In this document: positions 54,779-62,542 of the stretch, one piece after another | Position numbering within the stretch: position 1 is the first letter of the stretch | Layout of the letters: every line of letters begins with the position of its first letter | Assembly: GCA_964504715.1 (NCBI GenBank) | Contig: CAZDEP010000007.1 | Span: 6,951-70,950 of the forward strand | DNA length: 64,000 nt | Direction: 5' to 3' | From: an uncultured Candidatus Saccharibacteria bacterium | GTDB taxonomy: Bacteria; Patescibacteriota; Doudnabacteria; UBA920 | Made by a program: the position numbers and the translations under genes | The notes under the pieces: model-generated | The model's database searches: none | What the model was told of the DNA's origin: nothing | The model's input: the letters and a program-made list of their open reading frames with translations, nothing else

Positions 54779-56442
54779 AGAAAAGTTTTCAATTTCTATC
54801 CGCCCCCAAGCGGAGCAATCCGAATTTTTTTAGCCCGGCCTGGGTGCTGGGCGTTTTTGTCGCAACGTTTTTGTTTTTTAAGCCGGTCTTGGCGTTTGAG
54901 GTCAGCGCCAGCGAAATATATTTAAATGATCCCGGCTTTACAACCAATGCCCAGGATGTCGACAAAAGTTGGGGGTTAATTAAGGCCGGTTTTTACGGCG
55001 CATGGGATAAAACCACAGGTTCGGAAAATGTGGTGGTGGCGATTATTGACACCGGCGTGGACGCCACGCATGAGGATTTGCGAAATATCAAGTTGGTTCC
55101 CGGCATAAATTTGCTGGAAAACAAGCCCATAGAAGGAAACGTAAACTCAGACGACAATGGGCACGGCACCCTGATTGCCGGCATTTTGGGAGCAACCCCG
55201 GGCAACTCGCGGGGTGTGGTCGGCACTAACTGGAAGATATCGATTATGCCCATTAAAGCTTTAAATGCGGCTGGCACCGGCGATTCCGGAGACATTGCCC
55301 GGGGAATTATTTGGGCGGTGGACAACGGCGCCCAAATTATTAATTTATCTTTGGGGGGAATAAGCTTTGGCCACGACCGCGCTTTGTCGGAAGCCATAGC
55401 ATACGCTTTTAAAAAAAATGTGATAATTGTGGCGGCTGCAGGAAACGACTCCAGCGCCACGGGCCTTAATTTGGACGAGGGGCCGGTCTTTCCTATTTGC
55501 GAAGACAACGACTCCAACATGGTAATTGGCGTTACCGCAGTCGACCAAAACGACTTAAAGCCGAATTTTGCCAACTTCGGCAAAAATTGCATAGATGTAG
55601 CTGCGCCCGGCAAAAGGATCCTTTCCACCATTAACCACGATCCTTTAACCAAAGCCGCCGCGCCGAATTCTTACGCCTACGCTTCCGGCACTTCGCTTGC
55701 CGTGCCTTTTGTCAGCGGCGAAGCCGCGTTGCTTAAAGCGCTTTTCCCTTTCGCTTCCAATACCCAAATCCGCGACCAAATTATTGCCACGGCTGACCCC
55801 ATTGACCAACAAAATTTGTACCAGTGCGGCGGCAAAAGCTGCAAAGGACTCCTTGGCTCAGGCAGGATAAACGTAAAAGCGGCGACAGAATACGCCATAG
55901 CCGACCAAAGTATTTTGGAAGGCGATTTGGTAAGGGTGCAGGAGGGCGGCATGGTTTATTTAATCAGCGGGGGTAAAAAACACCTGGTTTCGAGTTTCGT
56001 CTATAACCAAAGGTTCCTGGGCACAGCCATAAAAAATGTGCCGGAAAGCCGCCTGAGCCAGTTTGCCGAGGGCAACTACGCTTTGCCGAAAGAAGACACA
56101 TTGGTAAAACTTGAATCAGACCCAACCGTTTATGCCATTAAGAACGGTAAAAAGGAGCCGGTGTTGGGCGCGGTCTTTAAACAGCGCGGCTATAAATTTT
56201 CAGACATAAATGTGGTCAGCTTTACGGAATTTAATTCCTGGATAACGGGCAGTTTTATGGCGCCGGCGGAAGGCACTATTATGAAGGCTAAGACCGGCGG
56301 GAAAATGTATTGGGTGGTCGGGGAAACATTGCATGAGATCGACAAAAAATTTATAAAAGCGAAAGGTATTGGAGGTTTTCCACAGCTTGTCGTCGCCAAT
56401 AAGGATATAAACGGTTTTTCCAAGGGAGATAAATGGTATTGA
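54775..56442 (+). CDS. Secreted subtilisin-like serine protease (S8) with C-terminal approximately 55-aa repeats
   Basis: Catalytic triad motifs AIIDTGVD (Asp), HGTLIAG (His), GTSLAVPFVSG (Ser). Three C-terminal repeats are shared with the next gene. Confidence 0.9.
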   Translation: MKKSFQFLSAPKRSNPNFFSPAWVLGVFVATFLFFKPVLAFEVSASEIYLNDPGFTTNAQDVDKSWGLIKAGFYGAWDKTTGSENVVVAIIDTGVDATHEDLRNIKLVPGINLLENKPIEGNVNSDDNGHGTLIAGILGATPGNSRGVVGTNWKISIMPIKALNAAGTGDSGDIARGIIWAVDNGAQIINLSLGGISFGHDRALSEAIAYAFKKNVIIVAAAGNDSSATGLNLDEGPVFPICEDNDSNMVIGVTAVDQNDLKPNFANFGKNCIDVAAPGKRILSTINHDPLTKAAAPNSYAYASGTSLAVPFVSGEAALLKALFPFASNTQIRDQIIATADPIDQQNLYQCGGKSCKGLLGSGRINVKAATEYAIADQSILEGDLVRVQEGGMVYLISGGKKHLVSSFVYNQRFLGTAIKNVPESRLSQFAEGNYALPKEDTLVKLESDPTVYAIKNGKKEPVLGAVFKQRGYKFSDINVVSFTEFNSWITGSFMAPAEGTIMKAKTGGKMYWVVGETLHEIDKKFIKAKGIGGFPQLVVANKDINGFSKGDKWY

Positions 56443-56467
56443 ACAAAATTAAGTAACTTATAAAACT

Positions 56468-58318
56468 ATGTTAAAACAAAAGATTATAAAGCTTATTAGC
56501 GTTTTGTTATTATCAGCGTTGCCGATATCCGTACTGGCCCAAAGCGCAGACCCGAATTTTAATCCCAGTAAGCTTATTGAAGATTCGGTTTTTTCCGATA
56601 CGCAGACATTTGGCGGCGCCGAAGGCGTACAAAAATTTTTGGAGTCCAAAAATTCCATACTGGCCAATACCGATCCGGCATTTTTGGTTTTATTAAAGGA
56701 GCCCGTGGCTTCTCTTTTAAAGGAAGGCCTGGAGGATCCGCAGCCGAATTTGGGCAGACTTAGGACAGCTGCCGAACTTATTTGGGACGCTTCGAGGCAT
56801 TCGGGCTTAAATCCACAGGCAATTTTAGTGACTCTACAGAAGGAACAGGGGCTTATTACCAACCACCAAAATGAGGACCCGGCCAAGCTCCAAAGGGTTT
56901 TGGACAAGGCCATGGGTTTTGACTGTCCGGATTCCGGCGGTTGTGGCAATCTTTTTCCGGGTTTTTATTACCAGCTTTTTGGGAATTTTGATTCCGAAGG
57001 CAACCGTTATTTGGGTGCGACCAAATCGTTAATGAAATCTTTTAGTGCGCCCCAAGGCCGTGGGCCGCTTTTAAACGGCAGGCCGGCGCAGGTGGGCGAA
57101 ACCATGGTAATTGAAAATACCGTGGGCGATTATACCAGCACCCCGAGCCAAAGCGTAACCTTTTTAAACCGCGCCACCGCCGCGCTTTACCGTTACACCC
57201 CGCATGTCTTTAACGGCAATTACAACTTTTGGCGGTATTTTCAGGAATGGTTCCGTTACCCGAACGGCACTTTAATTGGCCTTTTGGGCGACACCAATAC
57301 TTACATTATCCAAAATGGCACGCGCCAGTTGGTGCCCGATTTCGTAGCGCGGGCCCGGAGTTTGGTGCTGTCTTCCCGCACTGTGGTTTCTCAGAACGAA
57401 ATGCAAAATTATCCGCAGGATAAAGTTTACGGCCCGGCCGACAATACAGTTGTGAGGATAGAAAACGACCCCAAACTGTTTGTCTTTTTGGGTAATATTA
57501 AACACCCGGTTTCGGAATTCGTTTTGGGTCAGCGGGGCCTTAACGTGAATAACGTTTTAAACATGACCCAGGCCGAAAGCGCGCTGTTTGAACTCGGCCC
57601 CGTGCTACCGCCTTCGGAAGGGACAATAATAAGGGGCCAAACGGACCCGGCGATATATTTGGTTGAAAACACCCGGCTTAAACTTTTTAGCGCCTTTACC
57701 TTCGGCCAAAGGAAAATTTCCACCAAGCAAATTACTTTAGTGCCCGATTCGGAAATTGCGACTTATACCAAAGAAGGGTTTGTAGCTCCCTTGGACAATA
57801 CGCTCATAAAATCTTCCGCCGGCCCCGCCGTATATTTAATGCAGAACGGCTTAAAGCATCCGCTCTCGGCCGAACTGTTTAAGAACCGCTCTCTTAGCTT
57901 TAAGAGCGTAGTGGTGCTTTCACCCGAAGAAGTCGGCGCACTGACCATTGGCGCTTTTGCCACGCCTAAAGACAAAACCTGGCTCGCGGACAGCAAGACC
58001 GGGGAAATGTTCTTGTTTAAAGAAGGCGCATTGCACGCCATTTCGAGTTATGTGGCCAAATCCAGAAAAATCACGCCGGATTATTATTTCACCTCCGGAG
58101 AAATTGCCGAATGGCAGGAAGGCATACCATATCCGCCCAAAAACGGCACGCTGCTTAAAGGCGACAAGTCGGGCACTGTATACCTTGTCCAAAACGGCCA
58201 GCTGAGGGGCTTGACCGGCACGGCATTTAAAAACAGGCGTTACAGCGCAAAGAATGTGGTAACCCTCCCGCAAACCGAAATCGATAATTACGCCAAAGGG
58301 GACGTTTTGGGTAAATAA
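56468..58318 (+). CDS. Secreted repeat protein (six or more approximately 55-aa repeats of the type G-T-[LI]-[IV]-[RK]...P-x-[VI]-Y-[LV]...G..[KR]-[HR]-P[IV].S)
   Basis: Signal peptide. An N-terminal roughly 200-aa domain with a conserved Cys pair (DCPDSGGCGN), then tandem repeats homologous to the S8 protease C-terminus. Confidence 0.55.
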   Translation: MLKQKIIKLISVLLLSALPISVLAQSADPNFNPSKLIEDSVFSDTQTFGGAEGVQKFLESKNSILANTDPAFLVLLKEPVASLLKEGLEDPQPNLGRLRTAAELIWDASRHSGLNPQAILVTLQKEQGLITNHQNEDPAKLQRVLDKAMGFDCPDSGGCGNLFPGFYYQLFGNFDSEGNRYLGATKSLMKSFSAPQGRGPLLNGRPAQVGETMVIENTVGDYTSTPSQSVTFLNRATAALYRYTPHVFNGNYNFWRYFQEWFRYPNGTLIGLLGDTNTYIIQNGTRQLVPDFVARARSLVLSSRTVVSQNEMQNYPQDKVYGPADNTVVRIENDPKLFVFLGNIKHPVSEFVLGQRGLNVNNVLNMTQAESALFELGPVLPPSEGTIIRGQTDPAIYLVENTRLKLFSAFTFGQRKISTKQITLVPDSEIATYTKEGFVAPLDNTLIKSSAGPAVYLMQNGLKHPLSAELFKNRSLSFKSVVVLSPEEVGALTIGAFATPKDKTWLADSKTGEMFLFKEGALHAISSYVAKSRKITPDYYFTSGEIAEWQEGIPYPPKNGTLLKGDKSGTVYLVQNGQLRGLTGTAFKNRRYSAKNVVTLPQTEIDNYAKGDVLGK

Positions 58319-58349
58319 AACTTAAATGGCAAAGTGCACCGTTGTCATA

Positions 58350-58375
58350 AAGGCTCACACGGTGTGAGCCTTTAA
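58350..58375 (+). terminator. Rho-independent terminator
   Basis: aaaggctcacacggtgtgagccttt. Confidence 0.55.
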
Positions 58376-58406
58376 AAATGCCATTTTTAATGCTAAAATA
58401 TGGCAT

Positions 58407-59840
58407 ATGAGTCAGGCATTTAAAAATATATTTTGGCTTTCGGCCTCACGGGGCGTGGCCCTGATTTTTTTGTTTTTGGCTTACGCCCAGCTCTTTCGGT
58501 ATTTGGGCCCTTTTGGCAGCGGACAGTACCAGTTTGTGCTTTCTTACGTGCTCATATTTTCCACAGTCGTGGATTTTGGCGTGCAGCAGTTTATGACCAA
58601 AAAAATGAGCGAAGACGAGCCGGGCACCAGAAAATATTTTCATAATTTTTTGGCTTTTGAAACAGTTGCCGCGCTGCTTTTATATGCACTGCTTTTGGGC
58701 ATCGCTTATTTTCGGGGCTACGAACCGGTGGTGTTTAAAGCCGTGGCGGTTACGGGCTTGGGCATGGTGGCTAATGCCTTGTGTTATCCGTTTTTGGCCG
58801 TAATGACCGCCCGCCAAGATTTAAAAAAAGTTGCGCTTATAAATTTTTTGAATTCCTTGGTTAACATTTCAATTATTTTTTTGGCAATTTGGCTGAAAAA
58901 GTACATTGTTTTTTTGGCCAGCATCCAAGTGGTGTTTGGGATTCTGGATTTAATCCTTTACCGGATTTTTATTTCAAAACACCTGCCTAAGCCCAGAATT
59001 TTTGCGGTCTTTGAAAATTTTGATTTTTCCGTCATTGTCCACATTTTAAAATCCGCCTGGCCGTTTGCGCTTTTGGTGGGTTTTAGTGCGATTTATAACC
59101 GCATTGACGTAATCATCATCACCAAACTTTTGGATTACACCCAGGCCGGGCTCTATACCGCAGCATATAAATTTTTTGACATTCTAAACTTTTTCCCCGC
59201 GTCGGTTTCCCACGTGCTTTTTCCGGTTTTGGCCGCGCTGATGGCAAAAAACTTAACCAGTGAAGTAAGATCGACGCTGGAAAAATATTTAAAACTCATG
59301 ATAGCCGTGGCCTTGCCGGTTGCAGCGGGCGGCACCGTTCTTTCCAAGCAGCTGATGTTGTTAATTGCGGGAAGGGATTTTGCGGCCTCGGCGCCGGTGC
59401 TTTCCATTTTAATTTGGTCCATTGCAATTTTGTTTATTTACATTCCGGTCAACTCGCTCATAATTTCCCAGCTGACAAAAAAAGCCATGGTGGTTACGGG
59501 TTTGAATGTGGCAATAAACATTATTGGGAATGTTATTTTAATCCCCATTTACGGAATAAAGGGCGCGGCGATTATGACAGTGGTAAGCGAGGCCGTGCAG
59601 GGCGTGTTTTATTTTTATTTTGTCAGGAAAAATATTACAGACTTTAAATTTTTATCGCTTTTATGGAAACCGGCCTTAGCTTCCGCGGTTATGGGCTTGG
59701 CCGTGTGGCAGGTGAGAGAGTTAAACTTAATGGCATCCGTAGCCATAGGCGGGGGAGTGTACGCCGCCATGCTTTTGCTCACTAAATTTATTACCCGGGA
59801 CGACTTAGCCTTTTTAACCAAGATGGTTAAATTGACATAA
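58407..59840 (+). CDS. Polysaccharide flippase (Wzx/MOP superfamily)
   Basis: A 477-aa ORF with about 12-14 TM helices and an N-terminal pattern typical of O-unit flippases. Confidence 0.7.
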   Translation: MSQAFKNIFWLSASRGVALIFLFLAYAQLFRYLGPFGSGQYQFVLSYVLIFSTVVDFGVQQFMTKKMSEDEPGTRKYFHNFLAFETVAALLLYALLLGIAYFRGYEPVVFKAVAVTGLGMVANALCYPFLAVMTARQDLKKVALINFLNSLVNISIIFLAIWLKKYIVFLASIQVVFGILDLILYRIFISKHLPKPRIFAVFENFDFSVIVHILKSAWPFALLVGFSAIYNRIDVIIITKLLDYTQAGLYTAAYKFFDILNFFPASVSHVLFPVLAALMAKNLTSEVRSTLEKYLKLMIAVALPVAAGGTVLSKQLMLLIAGRDFAASAPVLSILIWSIAILFIYIPVNSLIISQLTKKAMVVTGLNVAINIIGNVILIPIYGIKGAAIMTVVSEAVQGVFYFYFVRKNITDFKFLSLLWKPALASAVMGLAVWQVRELNLMASVAIGGGVYAAMLLLTKFITRDDLAFLTKMVKLT

Positions 59841-59877
59841 AGCAAAAAAGATTGGTATTTTTCATTAACATAAATAT

Positions 59878-60720
59878 ATGACCATATCGCGAAGGGAATT
59901 TTTAGCCGGTGTTCCACTGGCTGCATCAGGAATGAATAAATTCGGCCGAAAAGAGCCGCAGAGACGTATTACGGGAGTAGAAGATATGAAGGCAGAAAAA
60001 GAAATTGTAAGCCAAAATGTCGAATTGGCGGAAAAGGTAGTCCGGAATAACGTCGCTTGTCAGCAACTTAGGCGGGATATAGACCGTGTGGTTTCGGAAA
60101 TACAAAAACTCCACCAAATTATTTTAACTAGAACCGAATATACTTATAATTTTTCACAAAAAATAGAAAACAGTAAGGAAGTGTTTGCCCATATGCAGGG
60201 AGTTTCCCGCAAGGACCTACAAAAAGCAAAACTGTATGCCCCCGACGCGGGGATGGGCTTGGGGATTATTTTTAAATTTCCTTCACCCGACATTAAAAGT
60301 TCAAATGGCGTGCTGGAAGCAGTGGACAGTTTTTCCGAGCAGGCATATTCCAGCGGTTTTGCCTCAGTGCCCTTAAATTCCAAGGCGGTGGGATTGGAGG
60401 CGCCACATAAACTTGCCTTGTTAAAAAATGGGATTTTAAAGGAAGCGCAGCAGGAAAGCGAGTATGCGCAGCTTATGCACGATTTTCAGCTAAAGCTTTA
60501 TGAAGCTATAGAGCTGGCATTAAAAAAAAGCGGCCGGCCGGCAAGTTTTAAAAATCAGGAGGTAAAATTTTCTTTCAACCCAATTAATAAAAACCCTGAG
60601 GACATTGAAGCTATAAAAAAAGAAGTTTTAACGGTTGAAACAGAGTTGGGCTCGCTAAACACCGCTGAAGAAGTGTTCTCTTTTTTGCAGAAGGGGGGAT
60701 ACTGCCAGAAGAAAGAGTAA
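59878..60720 (+). CDS. Hypothetical protein with a twin-arginine-like signal (SRREFLAG)
   Basis: MTISRREFLAGVPLAASG; the rest is unassigned. Confidence 0.45.
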   Translation: MTISRREFLAGVPLAASGMNKFGRKEPQRRITGVEDMKAEKEIVSQNVELAEKVVRNNVACQQLRRDIDRVVSEIQKLHQIILTRTEYTYNFSQKIENSKEVFAHMQGVSRKDLQKAKLYAPDAGMGLGIIFKFPSPDIKSSNGVLEAVDSFSEQAYSSGFASVPLNSKAVGLEAPHKLALLKNGILKEAQQESEYAQLMHDFQLKLYEAIELALKKSGRPASFKNQEVKFSFNPINKNPEDIEAIKKEVLTVETELGSLNTAEEVFSFLQKGGYCQKKE

Positions 60721-60837
60721 ATATTAATTTTAAGTTAAAAAGATCCACATTTTAGAGTAAAGTATAATTTGCTAAAAGATTTTAAAGTTAAAATGCCTTA
60801 TATTTTAGCTATTTTTAAAATACTGCATTAGATTCGT

Positions 60838-60866
60838 ATTGACAAATTCCTTAAAATGGTGTATAA
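60838..60866 (+). promoter_or_regulatory. Consensus promoter (TTGACA, 17 nt, TATAAT) driving a roughly 280-nt structured leader ahead of the GC-rich gene
   Basis: ttgacaaattccttaaaatggtgtataat. Downstream hairpins are ggtagaatataaaaggaaagctctacc and gcccggacggcagaaaagg..ccttttccgtcgtccgg. Confidence 0.5.
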
Positions 60867-61145
60867 TATATATTCGAAAATAAAAATAGTGGTAGAATAT
60901 AAAAGGAAAGCTCTACCTTAAAAGTTGTAAGGATTATAGGTTTAATTTAAAAAAAGCACTTTTACAAAAACCTATGGAGGGTATATATAGTTAGCGAGAA
61001 AGTTTAGTGTTTGGGAAAGCCCGGACGGCAGAAAAGGCAATTAAGATATTAATTGTTAGTTACCTTTTCCGTCGTCCGGAATGCAAATCTTTTATCCCGA
61101 AAGGGAAAAAGGGATGCAAATCCCAAATCCGGACAAGGAGGCCCT

Positions 61146-61796
61146 ATGAGGACCACCCTGCTCGCCGCATTTGCGGCGGTTATGGCAGGGAGCTTGTTCT
61201 CTGCCGGCGCCGCCGATTGCAATCCTGGCATGGAAAAGTTGGTTCCCGCTTTATTGCGGGACGCGTCGAAAGACGCAGGATTGTGTCCTGAAAACGTTTT
61301 CGTTTTCACGGACGCTGGCCAACTGTTCCGTGCTCTCGGGGCCCAAAACCCCGAGCAACTGGCCACGCAAGTGGCCGACCGCCGAGCTTTCGTGCTCGGC
61401 CATCAGTTCCCCGTATATTTACGGTCAGACGGAGAACTGAAGGAAATGTTTTCTCTTTACCAGGCTGGTAAAGAGAGACAGTTCCTGCTTGCCTTTATGG
61501 CAAGCTGGCTCAAACACGAGCTCGTTCACGTTGACGGCGTGGACGATGAAGCTGTAGCGACCGCTGCAGAAATCCGTCAGGTGGAGAAACACGGGATCGC
61601 CAAAAACGACCCGGACTACCTCCGCCTTCAAAAGCGCTACGCCGACCTTCAAAAGTCGGCGAAAAAAGGCGAAGGCCATGTTTTGGCCGTTGCCTTAGCG
61701 CCGCCGCCACCCCCGCGCCGCGCGGTGGAAACAGTTCTCCCATACAAGGGAGAACAGCCTGCCACCACGGTGGTGGCCCGTCTCGCTAACGAATAA
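61146..61796 (+). CDS. GC-rich (about 58%) secreted protein with an HExxH motif, a putative metallopeptidase-like protein and likely horizontal acquisition
   Basis: Strong SD (aaggagg) 7 nt upstream; signal peptide MRTTLLAAFAAVMAGSLFSAGAADC; WLKHELVHVDG (HExxH); surrounding DNA is about 30-45% GC. The ORF track extends it to 61053. Confidence 0.55.
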   Translation: MRTTLLAAFAAVMAGSLFSAGAADCNPGMEKLVPALLRDASKDAGLCPENVFVFTDAGQLFRALGAQNPEQLATQVADRRAFVLGHQFPVYLRSDGELKEMFSLYQAGKERQFLLAFMASWLKHELVHVDGVDDEAVATAAEIRQVEKHGIAKNDPDYLRLQKRYADLQKSAKKGEGHVLAVALAPPPPPRRAVETVLPYKGEQPATTVVARLANE

Positions 61797-61855
61797 AAAC
61801 CGGAATTTCGTCAATCGCTCATGCGCTTGCTCGAAATCTCCGGTTTTTCATTTTT
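61797..61855 (+). terminator. Rho-independent terminator
   Basis: aaaaccggaatttcgtcaatcgctcatgcgcttgctcgaaatctccggtttttcatttttt. Confidence 0.55.
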
Positions 61856-61924
61856 TGTTGATAATTAAATTTGCCTGGTACATGGTTTTATTTTATAATG
61901 AATGCAAACAATCTGGAATAAAAT

Positions 61925-62542
61925 ATGGAAATACAATCACAAAATAACGACGATTTAACTTCTCTTGGAACTCCGCCTATTCCGCCTAAAGGGTTTTTAA
62001 CAAAGAAGATTTTAAAAATTGGCCTTTTGGCTCTTTTCCTGATTGGTTCAGGGTTTTTAGCCTATAAATATTTTTCCACAAAGTCCAGAAAAGCCACAAA
62101 TACTATTAATCTAGTCAGAAATAATGTGGAGGCTGAAAAGGACATTACAGTCCAAAATACTTTGGATATGTTTGAACAAAGGTCTAAGTTGCCCTTGCCT
62201 AAAGTTGTAGAAAAAACGGAAGCCAACGCCAAAGAAATGTTATCTAGTTTTCCTTTTTTAGACTATCCAACGGCTGAAAATTTACTATCTAAAAAAATTA
62301 TTTATCAGCAGGGCGGAGAAGGCGGCGAAGTGGAATTTTTATTACCTACCCCATTAAATGATTTGCATTTTGATTTGGTAAACAGGATTAACCAAGCTGG
62401 GTGGACTGTTGTCCAATCTACGCGGGGTATTTTAGCCAGCCAAATAGAGGTGGAGAACGGTGGAACAAAATTAAAAATTTCCCTGTCTAAAGTGGAAGAG
62501 AGACTGACTAAAGTTTATGCCCAAACTCTTGAAAATAAGTAA
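61925..62542 (+). CDS. Membrane-anchored hypothetical protein
   Basis: A 205-aa ORF with one N-terminal TM (ILKIGLLALFLIGSGFLAY). Confidence 0.5.
   Translation: MEIQSQNNDDLTSLGTPPIPPKGFLTKKILKIGLLALFLIGSGFLAYKYFSTKSRKATNTINLVRNNVEAEKDITVQNTLDMFEQRSKLPLPKVVEKTEANAKEMLSSFPFLDYPTAENLLSKKIIYQQGGEGGEVEFLLPTPLNDLHFDLVNRINQAGWTVVQSTRGILASQIEVENGGTKLKISLSKVEERLTKVYAQTLENK

Noticed and set aside
62540-62542. Stop-codon readthrough or an alternative genetic code joining gene 61925 to the Cys-rich ORF
   Set aside because: The Cys-rich ORF is in a different frame from gene 61925 and has its own ATG and signal peptide at 62517. TGA, TAA and TAG all terminate well-supported genes here (ppa ends TGA), so the code is standard.
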